From a virus (taxonomy: Duplodnaviria > Caudoviricetes): 24,702 bases of DNA. The notes below the pieces were generated by a model. That model made no database searches and was not told where the DNA came from. It saw only the letters and a program-made list of their open reading frames with translations. This document shows positions 6,760-14,832 of this stretch, piece after piece. The first letter of the stretch is position 1; every line of letters begins with the position of its first letter. Location: IMG/VR virus record IMGVR_UViG_3300032282_001299, positions 1-24,702 of that record; one strand, 5' to 3'. The position numbers were made by a program, and so were the translations under genes.

Positions 6760-7890
6760 TTAGCGTATGTTTTGTTTGCTTGGCGCAGGTACAGATGCAA
6801 TAGCCAGTAACCCTGTCACGGCAATAACTGCACGGCGAGTTCTAACAGGGACAGATGACCCAATTGGAACATAAGTATCTGTTTTGCCATTGAACAAATC
6901 AACTTCGTTCTCAAAAGCCTCACGAACCTCTGTCGGTGCATTTTGCACAGCCTCAACTAGTTGCTCTGCTTGGGCATCTGAAAGTTCGGTCACATCTAAA
7001 GATTGGAAGATTTCCGTTGCTGTTTCCTGCGTTACAGCATTGAGCACCTCAACGCTCGTAGCGAGGGCTAAAGCGTCATCAGGGGTAATGCCGTCTTCCA
7101 CACTCTGAGCCACGATAGAAGCGATTTCAGATTGAGGCAACTCGTCAATATTGGAAAGTAGTTCAGCGACCAATGGAGAAACTGCATCCGGCACGATAGT
7201 AGTTGATGTGATAACCTCGGGCTGTGATGTTGTTGTTGTGGTTATCAGCACTGGTGCAAGGGTTGTTGTGCTTGTTGTCGTACTTGTCGTGGAAGGAACG
7301 ACAGAAGTCGTAGTAGATGCGTAGACGATTGGCTCTGATGTTGTGGTTGTTATCGGGCGTACTGTTGTCGTCGTTATTGGGATTGTTGTGGTTGTGGTTG
7401 TGGTGGTCGTGGTTGAAGTGGTTGTCGTAGAAGTGGTAGTAGTGGACGTAGTAGATGTAGATGTAGTAGTGGTTGCTTCAGTAGTAGAAGTAGATGTTTG
7501 ACCTGCCCCATTGAACCCAAGTTCATACTGTAGATTCCACCCACCATTTGTACGCCAAGCGTTAGGGTCGCCACAACAGATACCAGCCCTTAGTCGATAC
7601 TTTCCTGCAGGTACAGCCAGAGAAATATAAGACTGCAATCCGAAACTGTCATCGTTCTGAGCGAGTAGAGTTCCTTCTTCGTTGTAGAGCCACAACATCG
7701 GGTCAGATGGATAGTTTTCTATCATATATGTCTGTGCTACGAACTGTGTCGGCTCAAGATAGTCAAACCAAAAATCTGTTGGCTGAGTAACAATCGGGTT
7801 ATTTGCTAATGCAGGCGAAGTGAACAATGCCAGTACTGCTACTGGTGCAAACACAAGCCAAAAACTACGGCGTATCTTCAGACGGAGCAT
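6760..7890 (-). CDS. Exported, membrane-anchored protein: beta-sandwich (PPC-like) domain, Thr-rich stalk, acidic helical domain, C-terminal hydrophobic anchor
   Basis: Signal peptide ...RRSFWLVFAPVAVLALFTSPALA. DPMLWLYNEEGTLLAQNDDS...PAGKYRLRA resembles pre-peptidase C-terminal domains. About 100-aa poly-Thr tract. Ends RRAVIAVTGLLAIASV. Exact start uncertain. Confidence 0.7.
   Translation of the reverse strand: MLRLKIRRSFWLVFAPVAVLALFTSPALANNPIVTQPTDFWFDYLEPTQFVAQTYMIENYPSDPMLWLYNEEGTLLAQNDDSFGLQSYISLAVPAGKYRLRAGICCGDPNAWRTNGGWNLQYELGFNGAGQTSTSTTEATTTTSTSTTSTTTTSTTTTSTTTTTTTTTTIPITTTTVRPITTTTSEPIVYASTTTSVVPSTTSTTTSTTTLAPVLITTTTTSQPEVITSTTIVPDAVSPLVAELLSNIDELPQSEIASIVAQSVEDGITPDDALALATSVEVLNAVTQETATEIFQSLDVTELSDAQAEQLVEAVQNAPTEVREAFENEVDLFNGKTDTYVPIGSSVPVRTRRAVIAVTGLLAIASVPAPSKQNIR
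7196..7500 (-). repeat. Low-complexity ACN (Thr codon) tract
   Basis: Runs of GTA/GTG/GTT/GTC on the plus strand encoding TTSTSTTEATTTTSTSTT... Confidence 0.85.
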
Positions 7891-7981
7891 TTTCTGTCCA
7901 TCCCGATTCAAGTAGTTCTGCGTATTCTTCCTCGGTCATTTCACGCACTTCATTATCTATTTGTATATTTGGTCTTGACAT
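7865..7981 (-). CDS. Small acidic protein (38 aa) after the tail fibre-like gene
   Basis: Not in track. Hand translation MSRPNIQIDNEVREMTEEEYAELLESGWTENAPSEDTP, starting 2 nt after the upstream stop. Confidence 0.55.
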   Translation of the reverse strand: MSRPNIQIDNEVREMTEEEYAELLESGWTENAPSEDTP

Positions 7982-7983
7982 TC

Positions 7984-8529
7984 CTATCCTAATCTGTATC
8001 CATAGACGGTAATTGTTCCACCTGTCAATGTTCCTGCAGATGGTGTGATGGTTATTGAACTATAACTGGTGGCTACTTGGTGAACACCTGTGCGTTGTCC
8101 AGCGACTGCTGAACCTGCAATCATTGACTGAAAATAAGTCCATTTAGCCAAGAATGGATTTACTAAATCAGCAGAACCAGTCAGCCCATTAGATGCTGTT
8201 GAATAAAAGCCTTGTGTCCAAGATGCTGCGTTATTGTCGCAAACAAAAAAAGCACCTGCTGTTGAGAAAACAATCAAAGCACCTGCTGAATAGTAACCAG
8301 TAGTAGATGCTCCAAGTCTCAAAGCCAAGTTTGCATCAGCAGATGATGCGCCACCTGCAATCACAATTTTATATGCATCATAAGTGCTGTTGAAGCAGGA
8401 ACTTAGGGTCACGCTAGATACGCCTGAACCGATGGTTGTGCTCGTGACATACACTAGTCCTGAGTTGGCTAGATAAGTGTTGGTGTCGGAAACTGTGAGT
8501 GTTTCGCTTGCGAATGTTTTTACTGCCAT
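7984..8529 (-). CDS. Minor tail / tail fibre-like protein
   Basis: Ser/Thr/Gly-rich beta-type sequence (SGLVYVTSTTIGSGVSSVTLSSCF...GTITVYGY). AAGGAA RBS. Last gene of the tail module. Confidence 0.65.
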   Translation of the reverse strand: MAVKTFASETLTVSDTNTYLANSGLVYVTSTTIGSGVSSVTLSSCFNSTYDAYKIVIAGGASSADANLALRLGASTTGYYSAGALIVFSTAGAFFVCDNNAASWTQGFYSTASNGLTGSADLVNPFLAKWTYFQSMIAGSAVAGQRTGVHQVATSYSSITITPSAGTLTGGTITVYGYRLG

Positions 8530-8538
8530 ATCTGTTCC

Positions 8539-10383
8539 TTACTTATAAAGAATAACATCTGTGCCACCAATAGTAGAAAAACCAATACGAAACACAGAAG
8601 CCCATCTATTAGAACCATTGATAAAAGTAGACCAATGATTGGGTTCAACTCTATGGCTTATTTTTTGTAGAAGAATATCTTTCGTAATGGTTGAACCTGT
8701 CGGTGGTGCAATTGCTAACGTTACTCGTTCATTTAGTTCAAGACCAAGAGTGGAAGCCCAGTTATTGTCGGGACTCAACACAACTTCCATATCCTCAAAT
8801 GAGGGAAATATCTGTTGCCCGAACCCGACAAGTATTTTGCCTACAGCAATAGTGGCTACTGGATTATCTAACTGCGTATCCCAAGTTTCTGAAGCCTCAC
8901 CATAAGTTGTTGTAGTAGAGCCTGTTTCTTGGTATTGCAATCCACCCGACATTGTTACATTTATAACATTCCTTAGTTCATCGCCGTTGTATTGCATTTG
9001 TACTTCTTTGCCTAAAGCCGTACCACCACTTCCATAGGTCACTTGGCTATTGAACGATTTGGTGTTTGTAAATCTGTCGTATCTACCCATCATTGTGACC
9101 ACGCCTGACCTATCTACAAATAGTGGAGCGCACTCAGCGTTGGCAACTAGTTCTAGTTCGGGTGCTACAAATGGTGCGTCATCTGTTATTTCTAAAACAG
9201 AAGCGTTAGGCGATGCAGGAGTAGACACTAACGATGTTGAAAAAATGGTTTGTGCAATAATTCTAGATACACGAGCACTTGTTGTTTCAAGAAAGTTTGC
9301 TGTTGAATATTTGATTATGGTTTGTATTTCTGCTTGTGACCGTGCAGTTGTCCATTGGCACAGTTGTTGCATCGCACCAGCGTAAATGTTTACATAATCA
9401 CCATCAGTTGGAAAGAATATGCCACCAACTGCCGTACTCCTCGTACCAGTGACATCTACACCATTGACATAAATAACAGCAGTGAATAGTACTCCGTTCC
9501 ACGCAAAAGCAAAATGTACTGATTCGCTTTCTTGAAGCGCCGAAGTAATAGTCGTATAACTATATGTAGTGTTTGTTCCGAATGAAGTGACTTGCAATAC
9601 AAACTTGCCACTAGTGAATGACACATTCCATCCGAAGTTTCCTGTTTGACCACCGATAATGCCATTGGTGGCGTTGCCATTTGGTATTACCCAAAATGCG
9701 ACAGTGAAGTTATTGTTTGCAGTGAAATAACTTGGGTTGCCACCAAAACCTAAATCGTTAGTTGCAATAACATCTAATCCTGATGCAGTATTAGCAATTC
9801 CACCCAAAGAAGAATCAACTAAACCAACAGCCAACTGACCTTCATTTAGCGCATTGGTTTTTGTAGTAAGAGGTAATGGAACAGAACCGTAGTCAAACAT
9901 TGTACTTGCACTAAAATTAGTTATCGGTTCGTCAAGAGGCCAAAAATGTCTCGGACTAAGTGATTTGATATAAGCCTTTGCCCAATCTTGAGGTAACTGT
10001 TCAGTTGCCAACAACTGCAAAGCGTCAAAACAAGACAACGTTACTGTAGACATTTTGCCTGCATCGCTCCACTCAACAGGCCAGCCGTCTATATATCCAC
10101 GAAAAACTGGATATGTTGTCGCACTATAAACAGCCTCTATTTTTATTTGTTTTCTCGGAAACAACTTGCCAGCATAAGTTCCTGCACTATTGAAAGGGTC
10201 GTATTTGCGTGAAGTGTTTAGTAACACCACTTGTGCACTACCACTAAATGAACCCCAATCACCATCGGTTCCTCTATCAATAGACATACTAAGAACATCG
10301 GTAGTCACTTCTGTCCAAGTGGGTGACAATGCGTAAGGTGTATCGTCAAAAGCGATATAAACTTTTGGTGTTGGATATGGCAT
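8539..10383 (-). CDS. Tail tip/baseplate hub protein with internal LamG/concanavalin-A-like domain
   Basis: Follows the tape measure gene (TAATG overlap). N-terminal WTEVT.DV...IDRG...VFRGYID...TVTLSCFD tail-hub pattern. Central FWPLDE...FTVAFWV...HFAFAWNG...IYVNG is LamG-like. Confidence 0.75.
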   Translation of the reverse strand: MPYPTPKVYIAFDDTPYALSPTWTEVTTDVLSMSIDRGTDGDWGSFSGSAQVVLLNTSRKYDPFNSAGTYAGKLFPRKQIKIEAVYSATTYPVFRGYIDGWPVEWSDAGKMSTVTLSCFDALQLLATEQLPQDWAKAYIKSLSPRHFWPLDEPITNFSASTMFDYGSVPLPLTTKTNALNEGQLAVGLVDSSLGGIANTASGLDVIATNDLGFGGNPSYFTANNNFTVAFWVIPNGNATNGIIGGQTGNFGWNVSFTSGKFVLQVTSFGTNTTYSYTTITSALQESESVHFAFAWNGVLFTAVIYVNGVDVTGTRSTAVGGIFFPTDGDYVNIYAGAMQQLCQWTTARSQAEIQTIIKYSTANFLETTSARVSRIIAQTIFSTSLVSTPASPNASVLEITDDAPFVAPELELVANAECAPLFVDRSGVVTMMGRYDRFTNTKSFNSQVTYGSGGTALGKEVQMQYNGDELRNVINVTMSGGLQYQETGSTTTTYGEASETWDTQLDNPVATIAVGKILVGFGQQIFPSFEDMEVVLSPDNNWASTLGLELNERVTLAIAPPTGSTITKDILLQKISHRVEPNHWSTFINGSNRWASVFRIGFSTIGGTDVILYK

Positions 10384-11915
10384 TATGCAGCGACACCTGT
10401 TCTTCTACCATAAGCATTGAGTACTCGTTGGACTTCACGCCCTATAGCGACTGGGTCGCCTACGCCAGTTTGTATTGTGATGTTCATTCCACCACTCATT
10501 TGGTTCATCTTGGATAGTGGAATGATTGCTTCACTACCTGCCTCGCCTGCGAGAAGAAGGGTTGGCTTTGTGACGATGCCCCCCTTTGCCATTTTCGGAA
10601 CTGTATCCAATCGTGATTTGTCTGCGCCAGTAGGTGCAGCCTTTTCTCCGATGCGACCAAACTTGAACTCACCTAACAATGGAATGTCATCGTGGAACGG
10701 TAGAAGGTTGTAGCCACGAATAATTAGGTTAATAACTTGTCGCCACATGTTAGCCATAAACTCAAAATAGCCAATCACGGCATTGATGACTGTGTTCACT
10801 ACTTTTCTGAAACCCTCAAACTTTATGTATGCAGCAGCAAGACCGACAACAAGCAATGCGATGCCTGACACAATTAGACCGATACCTGTTGCGTTCCAAG
10901 CCACGCCAAATGCGACAACTGCAATATTGGCTAAACCTTGTGCAACAGTGAATGCAAGCGTGGCAACCTTCAACGCTGTTACTGCAGCGACAATGCCGTA
11001 GACAAGAGCACCGAAACCATCTAAGTCTTGGATTGCCTTTAGTCCTTTATCGCCTAAGAACTTGAGACCTGCACCAAGACCTTTCTGCCCGACAATGTCT
11101 TTGAACTGTTGGAAGATAGGCAAGATATTGTCGGTCACAAATCGAGAAAGTTTCTCAAACATAGGCAGAAGTAATGTCCCTAAATCTTCTGCGAGGTTAT
11201 CAATCGCCACTTTCATTCTGTCAAAATCAGTTGCCGTTGCTTGAGCAGTTCCACCAACCTGTGATTCCACTTCAGACAAAATTATTTTCTGTGCTTCAAG
11301 CGTATGACCTGATTTTACGAGTGTCTTGATTTGTTCTTTTTGTGCATCGGAGAAGTTGATACCTGCACGGTTCAATGCAGTAATACCTCTAACAGGATTA
11401 GACAAAGCCTTACCAAGTTGTTTTGCAGCACCATCAGTAGAGCCAAATACATTTCCTAAGTCAAGTGCAGCCTGAGATGCCCTATTGAAAATGTCGTTGC
11501 CTTTACCAGTTTCATTGCGTACCTGCTTGAAGGTCAGCAACAAGTTCATACTGCTCTGGATTGCTTCGTCATCAATACCAGTTTTTAGTGACAAACTATT
11601 TGCAAGGTCAGATATGTCTTTACTGGTCATACCTGCAGCACTGCCAGTTGCCTTGATAATTGCTTCTGTCTGCTTGGAAACTTTCTGTGATTCAAGTGCT
11701 GCTTTTATTAGCGTTCCACCAATAACGCCACCTACGCCACCTGCGATACCTGCAAGTTTTCCAAAACTCTTAGCGAAACTACCTACTGCTTTATTGGCGT
11801 TCAGTAATCCGAAGGCTGTTTTCTGACCTGCGCCCTCTAGTTTCTTGAAGTCACGGATTGCACGGTCAATTCCCTTGCTATCAAATGAACTAATAATTGG
11901 GACAACGATTGCCAT
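10383..11915 (-). CDS. Tape measure protein (510 aa)
   Basis: Ala/Gly/Lys-rich helical sequence, AKQLGKALSNPVRGITALNRAG core, hydrophobic segments, AYIKFEGFRKVVN, C-terminal MAKGGIVTKPT...GEAGSEAIIPL. Confidence 0.9.
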   Translation of the reverse strand: MAIVVPIISSFDSKGIDRAIRDFKKLEGAGQKTAFGLLNANKAVGSFAKSFGKLAGIAGGVGGVIGGTLIKAALESQKVSKQTEAIIKATGSAAGMTSKDISDLANSLSLKTGIDDEAIQSSMNLLLTFKQVRNETGKGNDIFNRASQAALDLGNVFGSTDGAAKQLGKALSNPVRGITALNRAGINFSDAQKEQIKTLVKSGHTLEAQKIILSEVESQVGGTAQATATDFDRMKVAIDNLAEDLGTLLLPMFEKLSRFVTDNILPIFQQFKDIVGQKGLGAGLKFLGDKGLKAIQDLDGFGALVYGIVAAVTALKVATLAFTVAQGLANIAVVAFGVAWNATGIGLIVSGIALLVVGLAAAYIKFEGFRKVVNTVINAVIGYFEFMANMWRQVINLIIRGYNLLPFHDDIPLLGEFKFGRIGEKAAPTGADKSRLDTVPKMAKGGIVTKPTLLLAGEAGSEAIIPLSKMNQMSGGMNITIQTGVGDPVAIGREVQRVLNAYGRRTGVAA

Positions 11916-12532
11916 TACAGACCAAACCTTCCAAAAGTATTACGAACTTGTGACCTTGCTCGCATAGATGAGTTAGCACGACGTTCACTCTCGTTGGCTA
12001 TTTGAATAGTGAAATCTTTTTCAATCTTGGAAACAATGGTATTCAACTCTTTAGTCACTAACGGTATAAAACTTCTAACCCTTTTCCACATGACACGAGA
12101 AGGAGAACCAGTCTTATTTAGGTTCTGCACAAAAGACTGCTTGCCGGCTGTGCGATTGTTCTTTGCAAGGTCAAAAATCATACCTGCAGCATCGGATTGC
12201 TTTATGCGAACAATGGGGTAAGAGTTTGTCCTACGAACTTTGCGACCACCTACTTGAACAGTCACGCTCCGTCTAGCCTTTTTCCCATCGTACTTAGGGA
12301 ATGAAGCACCATTTGCCCCTTTAGGTTTTCTGCCCCTAGTTGTTCTGCCGTACTGCACCCATTGTATTTTTTTGGATGAAGTCCATGGTTGGTCAGGGAA
12401 TCCTTGCGCTACGCCAGCCCTCATAGGCTCAACCTTGTTTTTTATGTCTTTTGAGATTTGCTTATACAGGTCAGGTTCAATCCGTCTTAGCACTTCAAGA
12501 ACTGGCTTGACTCCATGAACCATTGTTGTCAT
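11915..12532 (-). CDS. Basic virion morphogenesis protein, possibly HK97 gp10-like neck/tail-completion
   Basis: Very basic. N-terminus VHGVKPVLEVLRRIEPDLYKQI resembles gp10-like proteins. Coupled to the tape measure gene by TAATG. Confidence 0.5.
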   Translation of the reverse strand: MTTMVHGVKPVLEVLRRIEPDLYKQISKDIKNKVEPMRAGVAQGFPDQPWTSSKKIQWVQYGRTTRGRKPKGANGASFPKYDGKKARRSVTVQVGGRKVRRTNSYPIVRIKQSDAAGMIFDLAKNNRTAGKQSFVQNLNKTGSPSRVMWKRVRSFIPLVTKELNTIVSKIEKDFTIQIANESERRANSSMRARSQVRNTFGRFGL

Positions 12533-12541
12533 AGCAAAATA

Positions 12542-12694
12542 CTACTTCTTAGATGCTTGTTTATTGCGCCAAACAATCATGTCGTACATCGCCTGCAGTA
12601 AAATAGGGTCTTCATTCAGTAGTTGGCTTGGGGCTATGCCAGTTTCAATAGCGACAAAGACTAACTGACTGGTTGCGCTTGAGTTCCCAAAGGG
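12542..12694 (-). CDS. Tail assembly chaperone frameshift extension (gpGT-like)
   Basis: The -1 frame opens exactly at CCCTTTGGGA (after an in-frame TAG) and gives PFGNSSATSQLVFVAIETGIAPSQLLNEDPILLQAMYDMIVWRNKQASKK*. It has no start codon near its 5' end. Confidence 0.75.
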   Translation of the reverse strand, partial: PFGNSSATSQLVFVAIETGIAPSQLLNEDPILLQAMYDMIVWRNKQASKK

Positions 12695-12951
12695 CTATCA
12701 CCGTCTTCGCTATCGTCAATCTCTACCTTGAAAACACTGTTTAGCCAGTCAGGCTCAAATGGCGCACTGGTCTGACCTAAACGAGTTTGCGCTCTCCAAG
12801 CAATCCAAGCAATATCGGTAAGCCTGATTTCTTTCTCAAAGTTAGCGACGCTTCTGTTCCACGTTCGCTCAAACATCACGAAGTCGGGCAACAAGGCTGT
12901 TACTTTTTTGGTTTCTTCATTGGTGAAAGTCACCAATAGTTTCATTTGCAT
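12661..12951 (-). CDS. Tail assembly chaperone (gpG-like)
   Basis: Directly after the major tail gene, with a slippery sequence near its 3' end. AAGGA RBS. Confidence 0.8.
   Translation of the reverse strand: MQMKLLVTFTNEETKKVTALLPDFVMFERTWNRSVANFEKEIRLTDIAWIAWRAQTRLGQTSAPFEPDWLNSVFKVEIDDSEDGDSPLGTQAQPVS
12685..12694 (-). other. Programmed -1 ribosomal frameshift site
   Basis: C CCT TTG and overlapping T TTG GGA both fit X XXY YYZ in the chaperone reading frame. Confidence 0.7.
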
Positions 12952-12967
12952 GTCGGGTTTCCTTTAT

Positions 12968-13375
12968 TTAGGAGGTGGTTTTTACTAGAGTTCCCCCAGT
13001 AAAAGACAAAGTTGTCATCGCCAACTCACCCACTGCACCAGCGACAGGGGTATGTGCTGATAGGAATGTATTACTGAGTGTGTATGTTGGGTTTGTCGCA
13101 CTAGTTGCAGACGATGTTGGTTTGACAACAACTGTAGTAGTTGTGCCGACCAATGGATAAACAGTTGCTTCAACATTGCTTGCTGCAAAGTCTTGCATCA
13201 GGGCTACTTCAAGTGAGTTGTTTTGCAATCCACCCGAAAACTTATGTCCAGTATCTCCAAACGCTGTCACTTCAATAGAGTCAATTTCATAATTGAGTGT
13301 AATGGAGTTGGCATGGTCAGATAATGCCACGCTATTGATTGTGATAGATGCGTTCGTAAGTGTGAGAACAGCCAT
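12968..13375 (-). CDS. Major tail (tube) protein
   Basis: ITINSVALSDH...IEVTAFGD...GGLQN...QDFAAS.V.ATVYPL...NPTYT...GAVGELA. Positioned before the chaperone. Confidence 0.8.
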   Translation of the reverse strand: MAVLTLTNASITINSVALSDHANSITLNYEIDSIEVTAFGDTGHKFSGGLQNNSLEVALMQDFAASNVEATVYPLVGTTTTVVVKPTSSATSATNPTYTLSNTFLSAHTPVAGAVGELAMTTLSFTGGTLVKTTS

Positions 13376-13384
13376 GTTTTTTTC

Positions 13385-13549
13385 CTATTCCTTAGTTTCG
13401 GTCTTTGGTGTCGGGACTTTTCCTTGTTCTTTGATATGCCCACCTGAGATAAGCGCATCTATGTTCAAGTCTTGTAAATCAGTATCGGAAACAACTGCAC
13501 CTTCAGGGGCGAGAGTGAAGTTTTGACTGGTCACTTTGTAAGTAGTCAT
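13385..13549 (-). CDS. Small virion-module protein (54 aa)
   Basis: Not in track. TAAGGAG RBS. MTTYKVTSQNFTLAPEGAVVSDTDLQDLNIDALISGGHIKEQGKVPTPKTETKE fills the gap. Confidence 0.7.
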   Translation of the reverse strand: MTTYKVTSQNFTLAPEGAVVSDTDLQDLNIDALISGGHIKEQGKVPTPKTETKE

Positions 13550-13557
13550 GTGTCTCC

Positions 13558-13965
13558 TTATGTGTACACGGTAAGTGTAGACGATATCTGCAGGAATTCT
13601 GCGTCATCTTGTTCCAATGCTGAGATATTTGCAGATTGCGAAAGAATTAGGTTTTGAACTACGCCACCCAATGTCTTGTCTGCTTCAAGTGCAGCACGGA
13701 TTGAAGATGTACCTGAGTAGGACAAGTATCCATCAAGGGTTGAGTGGGCGACTCTGTCCACATACCTGCCTACCACGACACGGATGTTCCACTCCATTGC
13801 GACCAACCCACCGTTCATCGCTCCGTGATATGTCACTGCATTGAGCACTGGGAAGCCGATAGGAGGGTTCAATTGCTCAGGTTGGTACGAGTACGCCCTA
13901 AGTCCTGAAATCGTTGCTAGAGCCGTCTGTATCGCTACAGCAACTTGGCTTACTGTGGCAGGCAT
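13558..13965 (-). CDS. Putative tail terminator / head-tail joining protein
   Basis: Position between adaptor and tube genes. SIRAALEADKTLGGVV motif. TAATG coupling. Confidence 0.65.
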   Translation of the reverse strand: MPATVSQVAVAIQTALATISGLRAYSYQPEQLNPPIGFPVLNAVTYHGAMNGGLVAMEWNIRVVVGRYVDRVAHSTLDGYLSYSGTSSIRAALEADKTLGGVVQNLILSQSANISALEQDDAEFLQISSTLTVYT

Positions 13966-14567
13966 TATGCAACTGCCAAAAGTCGATACGGATTGAGCAT
14001 CTCTCTAACATCAGGGTCTACAGCACGGACTTGAATTGCCATATCAGCAAAGCCGACCACGCCAAGTGCAGCGTTGTATCGAGCGAAACCTCTCATAGTG
14101 AGTAGAAGCGTTGCTTCCCGAACATCATCTGGAACTACATCCCAACCCCATTGGGCTGTGACCTGCACAAAAGGTGGATTGGGTGGAATAGAAATTGGGA
14201 ATGTCTTAGAACCAATAGCCGTAATACGCCTGTACGGTCTGCTATTTAGCATCGCATTGGTTGGCTCAACCATGTAGTCAGTTCCAAGCGTCCATGTGGT
14301 TTCAAATGTTCCGTCACCACTTTCGTCAGTTTTTACAATTAGACCTGTTGTGGATGCAATGTCCTGAGTGGGAACATGGTAAAAGCCATTTGGCATAAGA
14401 GACACAGCAGTGGCTGTTGTTTTATAAAACCATCTACCACAATAGCCATCTACACGGCGAGATGCGCCTTCAATAGAGTTCTCTAAAAGAGTGTCATCAG
14501 TTGAATCGGTGAGGCGCAATGCAGCCTTGACTTCTGCAAGAGTGCAGTAGCCGTTCGTGATTGCCAT
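13965..14567 (-). CDS. Head-tail adaptor (HK97 gp6/SPP1 gp15-like)
   Basis: YCTLAEVKAALR...DDTLLE..IEGASRRVDGYCGR...WGW..VPDDVREATL...LNPYR. Confidence 0.85.
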   Translation of the reverse strand: MAITNGYCTLAEVKAALRLTDSTDDTLLENSIEGASRRVDGYCGRWFYKTTATAVSLMPNGFYHVPTQDIASTTGLIVKTDESGDGTFETTWTLGTDYMVEPTNAMLNSRPYRRITAIGSKTFPISIPPNPPFVQVTAQWGWDVVPDDVREATLLLTMRGFARYNAALGVVGFADMAIQVRAVDPDVREMLNPYRLLAVA

Positions 14568-14758
14568 TACTCATCTACTGGCTTGCGAGCACGAGGTTTC
14601 GCCCGGCTAGCAGTTTCAACAGTTGGTGCGACAGATGCAGTTTCAACAGCAATACCGAACTTTGCAAGTTCAGCGTCTACTTGTGCAACTCGCTGTGGCA
14701 AGCCTCGGCGTAAATAACCTTCACGCTCGGCTAGTAATGATTCAACTTCGGTGGTCAT
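14567..14758 (-). CDS. Small post-capsid protein (63 aa)
   Basis: Start revised to ATG 14758 (AAAGGA RBS): MTTEVESLLAEREGYLRRGLPQRVAQVDAELAKFG... Confidence 0.7.
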   Translation of the reverse strand: MTTEVESLLAEREGYLRRGLPQRVAQVDAELAKFGIAVETASVAPTVETASRAKPRARKPVDE

Positions 14759-14770
14759 AGTTAGTCCTTT

Positions 14771-14824
14771 GCTGTTGGGGCAGGTGCAGGGAGAAAGTGG
14801 TAAAAACCCACACCTGCCCACAGC
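14771..14824 (-). promoter_or_regulatory. GC-rich stem-loop immediately after the capsid gene
   Basis: GCUGUGGGCAGGUG...CACCUGCCCCAACAGC. No U-tract. Abuts the next RBS. Confidence 0.5.
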
Positions 14825-14832
14825 ATATTGGA

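Noticed and set aside
7196-7500. Tandem repeat or diversity-generating element
   Set aside because: Explained by Thr codons with mixed third positions. No reverse transcriptase or template/variable repeat pair was seen.
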